Source of the DNA: an uncultured Bifidobacterium sp.
GTDB taxonomy: Bacteria > Actinomycetota > Actinomycetes > Nanopelagicales > Nanopelagicaceae
NCBI GenBank assembly: GCA_964561165.1
Contig: CAZLOJ010000001.1
Location: 7,269-71,268 of the forward strand
Reading direction: 5' to 3'
DNA: 64,000 bases
Numbering within the stretch: position 1 is the first letter of the stretch; every line of letters begins with the position of its first letter. A program made the translations under genes and the position numbers. The notes beneath the pieces are model-generated. The model did not search any database. It was given only the letters and a program-made list of their open reading frames with translations, and was not told the DNA's origin. Positions 47,978 to 58,072 of the stretch are shown here, piece after piece.

Positions 47978-48732
47978 GAGCTCAACAGCGCAATAGTCGC
48001 CTGATAAAACTCATCCTACTAGTCATTACCTTTTGGGCTTCTTTTCCACTGCTCTGGATTCTGCGTGATGTGGCTCGAATGGTGTTTTCACCGATTGTTT
48101 TCTACGACAACGGAGTCTTTTTTATCTGGTTGAAAAATACGTCGATATTCGTCTTTTCTGCGATGGGCATATCTGTCATTAGTTGTATTACGGCAGGATT
48201 TGTCATGGCCGTACTCGACGTGCCATTTCGGCGGTTATTGCTCTTTCTTACGCTATTAACGATGCTTATCCCGATCACTGCTATGGCTATGCCGTTATAT
48301 GTAATGATTGATGGAATTGGTCTAAATAACACGCTGCTGGGACTGATTCTTGCTTCGTCGTACTTTCCTTTTGGCGCTTTTCTCTCGTATCTTTACTATT
48401 CATCAGTGCTACCACCTGATCTGGTGGGAATGGGGCGAATTGATGGATTGGGAGATCTGGGAATCTATCGTCACTTAGGAATTCCGCTCTCCAAGTCTCT
48501 AATCTCAGTGGTCTCTTTCTTTTCGTTCGTTGGGTTATGGAATAGCTATCAATTGCCACGAGTTCTTTTGGCTGAGCCATCAAAATCGATTATGTCAATC
48601 GGAATTGAAGTGTTCTATGGTCAAGGAACGACGCTAATCGCTCTCATGATGGTGATTCCTTCAGTATTGCTCTACCTTGCATCGCAACGCACTATTGCGC
48701 GCGGTATTTTCAGTGGTGCTGTTAAAGAGTAG
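47968..48732 (+). CDS. Carbohydrate-type ABC transporter permease (MalG-like), orphan
   Basis: 254 aa with shared blocks FYDNGVF and SYFPFGAFLSYLYYSS. Paralogue of 57149-58072. 10-nt overlap with the preceding gene. Confidence 0.85.
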   Translation: MEVGAQQRNSRLIKLILLVITFWASFPLLWILRDVARMVFSPIVFYDNGVFFIWLKNTSIFVFSAMGISVISCITAGFVMAVLDVPFRRLLLFLTLLTMLIPITAMAMPLYVMIDGIGLNNTLLGLILASSYFPFGAFLSYLYYSSVLPPDLVGMGRIDGLGDLGIYRHLGIPLSKSLISVVSFFSFVGLWNSYQLPRVLLAEPSKSIMSIGIEVFYGQGTTLIALMMVIPSVLLYLASQRTIARGIFSGAVKE

Positions 48733-48737
48733 CGTCG

Positions 48738-49967
48738 CTACGGCTTTCGGATTTTAGCTCCCAATGCACGCGCCTCATCAAGATTCTTGACGCCACAGAG
48801 AGCCATTGTGTTGATAAATTCTTTACGAAGAATATCCACGGCACGCTGAACTCCATATTGTCCGCCCGCCATAATTCCGTAGAGATAAGCGCGTCCTACA
48901 AATACACCCTTAGCACCGCGGGCGATTGCGCCGTAAACATCTTGCCCGCTCATGACAGCGCCATCGATATAGACATCAAGATCCTTGCCAACCGCAGCGA
49001 CAACATCGGGAAGAATCTCGAGCGGAACAGTTCCCCGATCTAGTTGGCGGCCGCCATGATTGGAGAGCACAATCGCATCAACCCCAACCTCCTTGCATTT
49101 GACGGCATCTTCGACTGACTGAATGCCTTTGATGACAATCGGGCCATTCCAGACTGATTTAACCCACGCAAGGTCATCAAAGGTCATCGATGAATCAAAA
49201 ATGTGAGAGGCAAGTTCAGCAAGTGGTTTATCCCAACCACGGAAAGCAGCAAATTCTAATTTCTTGGTTGTTAGAAGATTGATCCACCATCGAGGTTTAG
49301 CAATTACATATGCAATAGTTTTGAAGCCTAAACGAGGCGGGATAGTTAAGCCATTACGAATATCACGAGGGCGATGACCTGAAACTGGGGTATCAACGGT
49401 AATGACTAGAGCCTCAAAACCATTTTCTTTTGCGTTGTTAATCATGCCAAGGCTCTGCTCGCGATTTTGCATCATGTAGAGCTGGAACCAACGCCGTGCA
49501 CCTGGCACAGCTGCTGCAAGTTCATCTGGAGCAGTGGTTCCCATTGTTGAGAGGCAATAAATCATGTTATTCGCTTCAGCAACGGCAGCAACAGCTGGTT
49601 CGCCAACGTGATACATGAAGCGGGTGTACCCAGTGGGAGCGAAGATAATTGGGAGATCAACTTTTGTACCAAAGACTTCAGTGCTCGCATCTATCTGAGA
49701 GATATTCCTTAATACCCGAACGTTATATTCAAGATTCTTAAATGCATCAAGAGATCGCTCATAGCTAATCTCGCGTTGCGCACCGCCTTCTACATAATCA
49801 TAAGTTGCCCTTGGAACTCTTTTCTTCGACAACTTCTGTAGATCATAGATAGTGACAGCTTTATCAACTGCGCGCTTAGTTCTGCGGAAAGTAGGAAGTC
49901 GCCAATCAATCAAGCCAATGAAATGTGGGACGTCGGGGAATTGACGTTTGCTCTTGATTGGTTTCAC
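48738..49967 (-). CDS. FMN-dependent alpha-hydroxy-acid dehydrogenase/oxidase (LldD-like)
   Basis: 409 aa with motifs SNHGGRQLD, WFQLY and ITVDTP. Confidence 0.88.
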   Translation of the reverse strand: MKPIKSKRQFPDVPHFIGLIDWRLPTFRRTKRAVDKAVTIYDLQKLSKKRVPRATYDYVEGGAQREISYERSLDAFKNLEYNVRVLRNISQIDASTEVFGTKVDLPIIFAPTGYTRFMYHVGEPAVAAVAEANNMIYCLSTMGTTAPDELAAAVPGARRWFQLYMMQNREQSLGMINNAKENGFEALVITVDTPVSGHRPRDIRNGLTIPPRLGFKTIAYVIAKPRWWINLLTTKKLEFAAFRGWDKPLAELASHIFDSSMTFDDLAWVKSVWNGPIVIKGIQSVEDAVKCKEVGVDAIVLSNHGGRQLDRGTVPLEILPDVVAAVGKDLDVYIDGAVMSGQDVYGAIARGAKGVFVGRAYLYGIMAGGQYGVQRAVDILRKEFINTMALCGVKNLDEARALGAKIRKP

Positions 49968-49986
49968 TCGGAGATTCTATAGCCTT

Positions 49987-51063
49987 TCAAAATTGAGCTG
50001 AGGCGCCAGAATCCATTGAACGATAGAGCGCATCGACAAGCTTCAAGGTATCGACGTTATCGGCAACTGATGAGCGAAGTGGACCAGTGCCAGCAACAGC
50101 GCGGAAGACTTGTCCGATAGTTCCCATGAAGGCATCCGGGAACCACCGCGTTGTGACGGGATAGGGGAGCCAACCATCAGTAGGAATGACATGTGATCGG
50201 AGCTCGAGCGTATCTGGACGGCCATCTGGGTAGTCATAGAGCAGACCAAAGGTGCCGCGTATTGACCCCTGATCGCCATCAATTCGATAGAGCGCGTAAT
50301 TATCGCCACCGCGGTTCATGTGATTGGAGTGGACTGTGGCGGTTAGATTTCCATCGTAGAGGTAGGTGCTAATCGTGCGAGTCTCACCAATTGGGTACTG
50401 ACCTGCAGTTCGTCCTGCAGCACAAAATACCGTTTTGGGGTTACCTAGGAACCACCGAATCATGTCGTGGTAATGAATCGAGTGGAGCATAACTTCAAGG
50501 CGAGGAAGATCTTTTGCCCAAGGCCACATGTGCCAGGGTGTATCAAGGTTGACGTTGATAGCGAAATTAGTGACCTTACCGATCATGCCAAGTTCGACCA
50601 TCTTGTATGCGGCAGCAATTCCCTCTTCAAAGCGAAGTTGTTGATTGACTCCTGCAACAATTCCATGTGCCTTAGCGCTCGCCGCAAGTTCTTCCCCCTT
50701 TTCAACTGTAGTAGCAAGGGGTTTCTGAGCAAGAATATGCTTCTTAGCACCTGCGACTTTTAAGAAGATTTCTGGTTGGGCTGCTGCAGGCACTGCGATG
50801 TCAACAACCTTGGATGTTGGATCATTAATGAGCTCGTCAAGAGTTGAATAGACTTTACCGATTCCATGTCGCGCAGCAACATCTTTTGCTTTTGCAGGAT
50901 CGGTATCAAAAATACCAACTACAGTGAGATTAGCTTTTTTGTAAGCAGGAAGATGTGCGCCATCAACTATGCCACCAGCGCCTACGATAGCAATTGGTAA
51001 TTTCACCTTTTCATCAATGGAGAGATCACAGAACTCTGAGACTTCCTTGAATGGATCGATCAT
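49987..51063 (-). CDS. Gfo/Idh/MocA-family oxidoreductase
   Basis: N-terminal Rossmann fold AIVGAGGIVDGAHLPAY plus a C-terminal alpha/beta domain, 358 aa. Confidence 0.85.
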   Translation of the reverse strand: MIDPFKEVSEFCDLSIDEKVKLPIAIVGAGGIVDGAHLPAYKKANLTVVGIFDTDPAKAKDVAARHGIGKVYSTLDELINDPTSKVVDIAVPAAAQPEIFLKVAGAKKHILAQKPLATTVEKGEELAASAKAHGIVAGVNQQLRFEEGIAAAYKMVELGMIGKVTNFAINVNLDTPWHMWPWAKDLPRLEVMLHSIHYHDMIRWFLGNPKTVFCAAGRTAGQYPIGETRTISTYLYDGNLTATVHSNHMNRGGDNYALYRIDGDQGSIRGTFGLLYDYPDGRPDTLELRSHVIPTDGWLPYPVTTRWFPDAFMGTIGQVFRAVAGTGPLRSSVADNVDTLKLVDALYRSMDSGASAQF

Positions 51064-51072
51064 GTCGCGCTC

Positions 51073-51582
51073 CTACTGATTCTCTGCCTGGCTGGTTCGG
51101 TATTTAACAGTCTGTAGATGTTCGGTGTAAAGAACCAGCTCTTCATCGTCTGCTCGGAACACCTCATAAGCAACTCGAAAGAGCCCTAAGTTCTCGTACT
51201 TTGGTGACTTCTCTAAGAAAGTACGCATAGCATAGATAGTGTCGCCAATAAACACTGGTTTGATGAAACGTAGCTTGTCGTATCCGTAACTGAAAGTATT
51301 GATGTTGTTATGCGCAAAAAGCCCCATACCGTAGCAGAAAACCAGGGCGCCAGGGACGATGCGTTTGCCAAAGAGACCCTCTTCGCGGGCCCACTTATCG
51401 TCGGCGACATAGGGATGAAGATCGAGAAGTAGCGAGGAGAAAATCATTAGCTCGCCCTCGGAGATTGTGCGACGAATTGAGCGATCTACTTTCCCTACTT
51501 GATAATCCTCATAGAATTCGAGCTCTTGGTTCCATACAGGGACTTGGTAGCGAGCTTTTTCATCGGGATTTGGATTCTTCAT
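51073..51582 (-). CDS. MaoC-like hotdog-fold protein (hydratase motif degenerate)
   Basis: 169 aa. The region [10 protein letters not shown] aligns to the hydratase motif GDxNPxH but has Val at the His position. Confidence 0.7.
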   Translation of the reverse strand: MKNPNPDEKARYQVPVWNQELEFYEDYQVGKVDRSIRRTISEGELMIFSSLLLDLHPYVADDKWAREEGLFGKRIVPGALVFCYGMGLFAHNNINTFSYGYDKLRFIKPVFIGDTIYAMRTFLEKSPKYENLGLFRVAYEVFRADDEELVLYTEHLQTVKYRTSQAENQ

Positions 51583-52739
51583 GAGAGGAATTCCTTTCTG
51601 ATCTTCTCAGTATCTTCGCCAACATGAGGTGCACCTTTTCGGTGTTTGAGAGTTTTACCATCGATTTTCATCGGTGATCGCGTTGTTGGAATCGTGACGT
51701 CGGCGCCAGATTTCCCACGTCGCACCGTCTCTTGTGTCATATCTAGTTCATTAAAACCTTCGCTCTCAATCAATTCAGGGAGCGTGAGTACCGGTGCGCA
51801 CCAGATATCAGCTTTATCGAGAATGGCGAGCCAATGAGCCGTACTTTGCGTTGCTAAAAGATCGGAGAGTTTCTTCACAATTTCACTTTGCTCCGACCAC
51901 CAACTCTTTGGATCTTCATATTGAGAGAAATCCAGCCCGAGCAGCGCACCAAGTTGCGGGACAGGAGTCATCGCAATAGCGAGATAGCCACTAGTTGTCT
52001 TGTAGAGCCCGTAAGGTGCAGAGAGAAATGCATGCGCACCTGCGCCGCGTTTGACCAGAGTGGCATCATCAAATAATTTCGCGCTAATTAATTCGAATTG
52101 CAGGTCGAGCATCGACTCAATCAAACTTGCCTCAACTAATCCGCCTACCCCTGTTCGTTCGCGACGAAGCAGTAGCGCCGTGATGCCATGTGCGAGATGC
52201 GTTGAGGTAAATATGTCAGCGACTGCTAAGCCAACGGGGATCGGCGGATGCCCTTCTTGGCCATTGAGCCAAGGAAGTCCAGACATCGATTGTGCCAGCA
52301 GGTCTTGACCTGGGCGCTCAATCCAAGGACCAGTGGTGCCATATCCAGATGCGCTGCCATAGACGATTCTTGGATTTATCTTCTTCACATCTTCGTAGCC
52401 CAAACCTAATCGTTCGATTACGCCGGGTCGGAAGTTTTGAATGATGACATCAGCTTTCGCAACTAGCGCTTTTACTTCAGCAAGATCTGATTGATTCTTT
52501 AAATCGGCAGCGAAGCTCTCTTTATTGCGATTCATAATGTGAAAAGAGAGAGTATCTCCGTCGCTCTCAAGCCCGGCGAAAGCAAGCGTTCGACCGATAT
52601 CACCTACGCCTGGACGTTCGATTTTGATCACGCGCGCACCGAGATCAGCAAGGCGCATCGCTGAGACCGGACCGGCAAGAAATTGACTGAAATCCAGGAC
52701 TAGAAAACCGTCAAGAGGTAATTCAGGACGCGCTGCCAA
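51579..52739 (-). CDS. Family III CoA-transferase (CaiB/BaiF)
   Basis: 386 aa with N-terminal [32 protein letters not shown] start. 4-nt overlap with the MaoC gene. Confidence 0.88.
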   Translation of the reverse strand: MAARPELPLDGFLVLDFSQFLAGPVSAMRLADLGARVIKIERPGVGDIGRTLAFAGLESDGDTLSFHIMNRNKESFAADLKNQSDLAEVKALVAKADVIIQNFRPGVIERLGLGYEDVKKINPRIVYGSASGYGTTGPWIERPGQDLLAQSMSGLPWLNGQEGHPPIPVGLAVADIFTSTHLAHGITALLLRRERTGVGGLVEASLIESMLDLQFELISAKLFDDATLVKRGAGAHAFLSAPYGLYKTTSGYLAIAMTPVPQLGALLGLDFSQYEDPKSWWSEQSEIVKKLSDLLATQSTAHWLAILDKADIWCAPVLTLPELIESEGFNELDMTQETVRRGKSGADVTIPTTRSPMKIDGKTLKHRKGAPHVGEDTEKIRKEFLS

Positions 52740-52777
52740 GAGGAGAACCTTTCGTTAGAAGTGGCTAGTCAGAGCAA

Positions 52778-53104
52778 TCAATCGGTATGGAAAATCTCAG
52801 GTATCGCTGCCCACCACTCGCCTTCAGCACGATCGGGAAGCGGTCGTTGTAGTGGCTTATTGATGTCCCACCATCGTTGCGTAGCGGGATCTTCAGCCAT
52901 TTTTGCCATATCACCATCAAAATCATCACCAACGTACTCAAAATAAGAGAAGAGCAATTCGCCGTAACGGTAGATAGAGTAATTGCGAATGTTGGATTTC
53001 TTGATTTGCTCTAAGACTTCAGGCCATACCGCGGCATGGAGTTCTTCGTACCGCTCGCGATTCTCTTTTGGTATTCCCAATACACTTGCAAAACGTTGCA
53101 CCAT
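52778..53104 (-). CDS. L-rhamnose mutarotase-family protein
   Basis: 108 aa with blocks shared with RhaM as I recall it (H..VWPEV, NYSIY, LLF, QRWW). Confidence 0.8.
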   Translation of the reverse strand: MVQRFASVLGIPKENRERYEELHAAVWPEVLEQIKKSNIRNYSIYRYGELLFSYFEYVGDDFDGDMAKMAEDPATQRWWDINKPLQRPLPDRAEGEWWAAIPEIFHTD

Positions 53105-53127
53105 TTCTATCTCCCTTGTTCTCTTAT

Positions 53128-53988
53128 TTATATTCCATACACATGTTCTGCAGTCTTATGAGTGATCCACTCTTGATCCTCTGCAGAGTACTTTGCGATT
53201 GCATCTAGCTGTGCTTTCCAGACTTCAACATAGTTATTCATGAGTACGATGACTGGCCAATCGCCGCCAAGGAGCGTTCGATTTGCGCCAAACTCGGTGA
53301 CCACGTGGTCGACGTATGGCTGCCAATCTGCAACTGTCCAACCTGGGGCAGAAGCAGTGTTGAGACCAGAGAATTTCATGTAAACGTTCTTATATTTGGC
53401 AAGGTTGGACATTTGCGTTGCCCACGGTTCCCAAGTCTTATCGGCGATACCTGGTTTAGCAAAATGATCAACCACAATCTTCAAGTTCGGAAATTTTGCT
53501 GCAAGGACTGGCACGTTATCAACGTGCGCAGGATTCACGGCAACATAATCCAGTGCAAGTCCAGCCTTTTCGACCATCGCAATACTCTCAAGGACAGCTG
53601 GGCGGGTGATCCACTTGTCATCCGACTCATATTTAGGGTTGCTGTAATCGTGCGAGAGATTACGAACCCCTTTAAAGTATGGGCTTTTTTTCAATACTTC
53701 GAGCGCCGCGCGCGCCTCATTGGGCCGGTCGAATGGCACCCATCCGACTACACCTTTTACAAAATCACTATGTGCAGCAATATCGAGCATATAGAAGGTG
53801 TCTTCGTATGTATCCGCTGCTTGCACCAGAATCGAATCGGTTACTCCTGAGGCAGGAATCTCAGGTGCAAGACGCTCTGGGCTAAAGTCGTCATAGAGAG
53901 GGCCATATTCAGGTGCAATCCAGGAATATGTGCGCTCGCTCATCATCCATAAATGTTGATGAGAATCGATAACTCGTTTATGTGCCAT
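53128..53988 (-). CDS. Amidohydrolase_2-family sugar lactonase (L-fucono/rhamnono-lactonase-like)
   Basis: 286 aa with N-terminal metal motif IDSHQHLW and a TIM-barrel pattern with later His/Asp (VVDHFAKP, GGDWP). Confidence 0.75.
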   Translation of the reverse strand: MAHKRVIDSHQHLWMMSERTYSWIAPEYGPLYDDFSPERLAPEIPASGVTDSILVQAADTYEDTFYMLDIAAHSDFVKGVVGWVPFDRPNEARAALEVLKKSPYFKGVRNLSHDYSNPKYESDDKWITRPAVLESIAMVEKAGLALDYVAVNPAHVDNVPVLAAKFPNLKIVVDHFAKPGIADKTWEPWATQMSNLAKYKNVYMKFSGLNTASAPGWTVADWQPYVDHVVTEFGANRTLLGGDWPVIVLMNNYVEVWKAQLDAIAKYSAEDQEWITHKTAEHVYGI

Positions 53989-54000
53989 TTCTCCCTCTTT

Positions 54001-54645
54001 CTATAGCAGTCGGTATTCATCCCAGACTGATCGAACGGTTCGTCCCTTGGTTAATTCATTAAGTACTGTCTTCTCTTTCTGTGCTCGCTCGTTTGCCATC
54101 GTGAAAACTTTGTCGATGAGCTCCTTCGGTACGACGACGATGCCATCGTTATCTGCGACGATGCCATCACCCGGATGCACAAGTACGCCACCCACCTCTG
54201 TTGGCTGATGAGTGGATTCAACCCGCATCCGCCCCTTGTAATCAAGGGGTCGAGAGAGCACACCGAAAGCATCGAAACCAACCTTGAGGATTAATTGCGT
54301 ATCGCGAATGGGCCCATCGGTGACAACGCCTGTAGCACCGCGTGCCTTTGATGCGGCGGAGAAGAGTTCGCCCCAAAATGCAGAGAGTAAACCTCCGCCA
54401 GTGCCAATAGTCACTACATTGTCCTTCTGTAACGTGTCAAGGAAATCAATCGCTGCTCCGTACGGATCATTTCTGTCGTACTCAGAATCTGGTACGAATT
54501 TGATTGTTGCAGCGGTTCCAACAGCGCGCATCGTCATCTGCAACGGGCGGATCTTTGCATCCATGACGTTATTGCGGATACCAAGATCATCGAGAGAGTC
54601 GGAGACCATCGCAGTATGGACTCTCGGATCTAATTGGACGTTCAT
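54001..54645 (-). CDS. RraA-family protein (HMG/CHA-aldolase-like, putative 2-keto-acid aldolase/decarboxylase)
   Basis: 214 aa with motif [33 protein letters not shown]. Confidence 0.8.
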   Translation of the reverse strand: MNVQLDPRVHTAMVSDSLDDLGIRNNVMDAKIRPLQMTMRAVGTAATIKFVPDSEYDRNDPYGAAIDFLDTLQKDNVVTIGTGGGLLSAFWGELFSAASKARGATGVVTDGPIRDTQLILKVGFDAFGVLSRPLDYKGRMRVESTHQPTEVGGVLVHPGDGIVADNDGIVVVPKELIDKVFTMANERAQKEKTVLNELTKGRTVRSVWDEYRLL

Positions 54646-55082
54646 GCGCTCCTCCGTTGCACCAGATATACGTGGATAAAAGCTATGACAGTCTCACCTT
54701 TTTGATTCTTAACGGTTACTTGCTCATCAACCAACCCTTCACCATTTCGTTTGGGATGATCGCGTTTAGCAACAATCTCTGAATGGGATGTGATGGTGTC
54801 GCCAATAAAAACAGGCGCAATGAATCTGACTTTGTCGTACCCATAGCTCATAGCTACTTCGTTTATCTCGCCGGCAAGCATTCCTACTGAGACAGAGAGA
54901 ATCAGTGTGCCATGGGCGATTCGCTCCTTAAATGGCTGCGTAGCGCACCATGCGGCATCCATATGGTGCGGATAGAAATCTCCAGTTTGTCCTGCATGCA
55001 AGACAATGTCTGCTTCAGTGATCGTGCGTCCTGTACTCACTCGAGTCGAGCCAATCAAGTAATCTTCAAAGTACTCTTTCAT
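54642..55082 (-). CDS. MaoC-like (R)-hydratase hotdog protein (catalytic Asp/His present)
   Basis: 146 aa. [10 protein letters not shown] matches GDxxPxH. 4-nt overlaps on both sides. Confidence 0.8.
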   Translation of the reverse strand: MKEYFEDYLIGSTRVSTGRTITEADIVLHAGQTGDFYPHHMDAAWCATQPFKERIAHGTLILSVSVGMLAGEINEVAMSYGYDKVRFIAPVFIGDTITSHSEIVAKRDHPKRNGEGLVDEQVTVKNQKGETVIAFIHVYLVQRRSA

Positions 55083-56215
55083 TTGGCAAGCTCCTGGTTA
55101 TATTGCATATAAGTGGCGGCGATGTCGTCGATATCTTTGCTAGAGAAGTTCTTCTCTTTAAGAATCCTGTGAATGATGAGTGAACTTTGATACTGCACAT
55201 CTGGCCATCCAAGAAATCGTGGCCGAACCCATGCGCGCTCCAACGTGCGAAGCGTATTGTTGAAGAAGTTACGAGTGATGGCATTAGCGTGAGGAGCTTT
55301 CCATGCAGCAAGGTTGCCGGGCTGTCCTCCAGCATCTACGTAGGTAGTAGATTGGATCTCAGGAAGCGAAAGAAGGATTGCAACCTTCGCAGCAAGTTCG
55401 ATGTTTTTGCTTGCGCTTGAAATTGCAATTCCCGCGCCGCCGAGTTGTGATCCTGAAGCTAAGCCGTCAAAAGATGGTACATCGTCGTAAACAATTGGAC
55501 GTACTCTAAATCCATTCCGAGAGTAATTGGTATAGCCATACATGCAGACGCTGTAATGCTCTCTATCAGTCGTTACTAGATATTCAGCGGCTTCAATGGG
55601 ATTCATCATCAGACATTGCTCTGGAACCACTTTGGCAAGCGCGATCATGAAGGTGAGAACTTCGGCCGCAACTGATTTCTCAACATATTGGGAGGTCGAG
55701 CAGAGCGCGCTACCTTTCTGAGCTAGCAAAGTGGCAAATGTGGAGAATGCGTCGACTGGTTTATGGGGCCAGATCACCAAGCCTGCACGACCTGCATCGA
55801 GCACGTCATCCCAGAAGACCAGCCCTTGTGAAGTCTTATCTGGGCGGTATGCGCTTACCTGCGCAGCGGTATCGATAGCTAGAGCCCAATGTTTACCTTT
55901 ATATATATATGAATCATGCGAGGCGCCAACCGAAGTTTTTGCTAATAGCTCCAAATCTGCATCGGAGGCAACATCCTCCAGAGCAATTACGGCATTAGCG
56001 TGCACAGCATCAGGTACATGGGGATGGTCGATAATCATCAAGTCGTGGTCGGCATAGAACTCACTTATGTGTTGATCCCCAAATGCCAGAAGTGAACGAG
56101 CGTTCCAGTCAACTGAGACATTCAATTGTTCTTGAAGTAGTCCATCAGAATTGACTAAACAATCTAGCCCACGAGGATGATCCCAAGTCATTCCTTTAAG
56201 TTTATGAATTGTCAT
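55079..56215 (-). CDS. Signal-less (cytoplasmic) periplasmic-binding-protein-like (SBP family 1-like) protein, function unknown
   Basis: 378 aa. There is no hydrophobic N-terminus ([18 protein letters not shown]). It has SBP-like blocks ([33 protein letters not shown]). Confidence 0.45.
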   Translation of the reverse strand: MTIHKLKGMTWDHPRGLDCLVNSDGLLQEQLNVSVDWNARSLLAFGDQHISEFYADHDLMIIDHPHVPDAVHANAVIALEDVASDADLELLAKTSVGASHDSYIYKGKHWALAIDTAAQVSAYRPDKTSQGLVFWDDVLDAGRAGLVIWPHKPVDAFSTFATLLAQKGSALCSTSQYVEKSVAAEVLTFMIALAKVVPEQCLMMNPIEAAEYLVTTDREHYSVCMYGYTNYSRNGFRVRPIVYDDVPSFDGLASGSQLGGAGIAISSASKNIELAAKVAILLSLPEIQSTTYVDAGGQPGNLAAWKAPHANAITRNFFNNTLRTLERAWVRPRFLGWPDVQYQSSLIIHRILKEKNFSSKDIDDIAATYMQYNQELAK

Positions 56216-57138
56216 TAGCTAAGTAACTCCTTGATGGAATCTGCGATGTGCGTGCGGGCAATAATTCCATCATCAATCACTTTTCCACAATTAAAGAAGC
56301 CATGAATCATCCCTGGATAGTCCCGATAAATGACGCGAACGCCATCTTTCCGCAGTTGTTCGGCATACAGTGAGCCATCATCTCGAAGCACATCAAACTC
56401 CGCAGTGATTACAACTGCAGGCGGCAGATCTGTAAAAGTTTCGCAGTTGAGCGGCACCGCATACGGATTCGAATAGTCCTGTTCACCATTGAGGTACAAA
56501 CTCCAAAGCCAACTCATAGTTCGCTTCGATAGCCCGTACCCAACTGCATTCGTGTTGTAAGAAAGCGTCTCAAAATCCACTCCCACGCATGGATAGATTA
56601 AAAGTTGATAGGCAAGGGCGAATTTCTTTTCATCACGATTACGTATCGCTACTCCTGCAGCTAGATTTCCACCTGCGCTATCTCCGCCGATACCAATTTT
56701 TCTCGTATCGATTCCGAGTTCATCTGCATTACTAAAGACCCAAGCCAGTCCAGTAAAACAATCATCATGTGGAATAGGAAATTTATGTTCTGGAGATTTT
56801 TGATAGTTAATGGAGACAATCACCGAATCTGTCATCTTGGCTAAAGCGCTAAGTTGTGCGTCGTACATGTCAACGGAAAAGTACGACCAACCACCACCGT
56901 GAAAATAAACCATGCCATTTTTTGGATTCTCTCCGGCAGGCTTATAGATCCGGATAAGTAAGTCAGCCGTCTCGCCAGGTATAAATCGATTGGAAATATT
57001 GACGTTAGGGGTGACTTCGCCAGCGATACTCATATCTGCATATGCGCCCGCTCGACCAACGGGAATCGGAATATCAATCAACTCCGGCGCATCTGCACCC
57101 GGTGCCAAAAAAGCTTCGCACTGCGGATGCAGAGCCAC
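56215..57138 (-). CDS. Alpha/beta-hydrolase, hormone-sensitive-lipase-type esterase
   Basis: Oxyanion motif HGGGW, nucleophile elbow GGDSAGG, and the later DVLRDDG / HGF. Confidence 0.85.
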   Translation of the reverse strand: MALHPQCEAFLAPGADAPELIDIPIPVGRAGAYADMSIAGEVTPNVNISNRFIPGETADLLIRIYKPAGENPKNGMVYFHGGGWSYFSVDMYDAQLSALAKMTDSVIVSINYQKSPEHKFPIPHDDCFTGLAWVFSNADELGIDTRKIGIGGDSAGGNLAAGVAIRNRDEKKFALAYQLLIYPCVGVDFETLSYNTNAVGYGLSKRTMSWLWSLYLNGEQDYSNPYAVPLNCETFTDLPPAVVITAEFDVLRDDGSLYAEQLRKDGVRVIYRDYPGMIHGFFNCGKVIDDGIIARTHIADSIKELLS

Positions 57139-57148
57139 GGTGTACTCC

Positions 57149-58072
57149 TTATTCCTTGATGGAACCTGCGAGCATTCCCCGGATCAGACGCTTTTGGGAG
57201 ACCAAGAACATGATCATGATGGGGAGCGCAATCAATATTCCAGCGAGCGCAATCTCTGGTTTGTAAATCGGGACTGAAGTTGCCCCAATGCCAGGGTTGA
57301 TGGCAGGAGTTGAATAGAACAAGAAACCTAGACCCAACGGCAAGGTGTAGTTTTCGCCCGAATAGAGCATCACATATGGCATGAAGTAGTTCGCCCAATT
57401 TCCGATAAAGGCGAAGAATGCCAAGAGACCAAGAAGCGCCCCAGAGAGTGGGAAGGCAATCCTCGTGTACAGCTGCCAATCGCTGCAGCCATCGAGGCGA
57501 GCTGACTCGTATAGCTCGGGTGGGATAGTCGTCGAATAATAGATGTAAGAGAGAAATGCTCCGAACGGATAAAGAGACGAAATCAAAATTACTGACCATG
57601 GATTATCAACAAGTTTCACTTTATCCATCATCACGAATAATGGAATAACAAGCGCAACCGGCGGGATGAGCATCATGATGAGCGTGCTGATGAGGAATGT
57701 CCGCTTGAAGCGGATCTTTGACGCTGAAATGACAAAGCCGGCAAGAGAGGCAGTGACTGTCGCAATGATGACAATTGCTGCATTAAAGAGAACTGAGTTG
57801 AGTACCCACTTACCAATCACGCCATTATCGAAGAATTGAAGATTCTGCCAAGCATTCCAATATCCCTTCAAACTTCCAAATGCGAGTGGATTTCGCGAAC
57901 TGAGTTCAGGATCAGTCTTGGACGCTGCAAGTACCAACCAAAGCATTGGCACAATGCTGATGACGGCGAAAAAAATGAGCCAAGAATTGACGAAGAACAT
58001 CCCAATACGACTCTCTTGTCGCGTCGGCTTCGCCTTCTTCGTTGGTTGCGGTGAAACCACTGTTGTACTCAT
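57149..58072 (-). CDS. Carbohydrate ABC transporter permease (MalG-like)
   Basis: 307 aa, 6 TM segments, EAA loop ESARLDGCSDWQLYTRIAFP. Confidence 0.88.
   Translation of the reverse strand: MSTTVVSPQPTKKAKPTRQESRIGMFFVNSWLIFFAVISIVPMLWLVLAASKTDPELSSRNPLAFGSLKGYWNAWQNLQFFDNGVIGKWVLNSVLFNAAIVIIATVTASLAGFVISASKIRFKRTFLISTLIMMLIPPVALVIPLFVMMDKVKLVDNPWSVILISSLYPFGAFLSYIYYSTTIPPELYESARLDGCSDWQLYTRIAFPLSGALLGLLAFFAFIGNWANYFMPYVMLYSGENYTLPLGLGFLFYSTPAINPGIGATSVPIYKPEIALAGILIALPIMIMFLVSQKRLIRGMLAGSIKE

Noticed and set aside
53305-53850. 181-aa plus-strand ORF inside the lactonase gene, and the 173-aa ORF at 57078-57599 (-) out of frame in the permease/esterase region
   Set aside because: These are shadow frames of confidently assigned genes, with no independent motif.
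49987-54645. Alternative reading of the island as a protocatechuate 4,5-cleavage (LigC/LigI/LigK-like) pathway, since Gfo/Idh/MocA, amidohydrolase_2 and RraA-like families are all used there
   Set aside because: There is no LigAB-type extradiol dioxygenase, LigJ or LigU. The amidohydrolase N-terminus (IDSHQHLW) looks like sugar lactonases rather than LigI as I recall it. A rhamnose-mutarotase homologue and a carbohydrate-type ABC system are present. I keep it only as a caveat.
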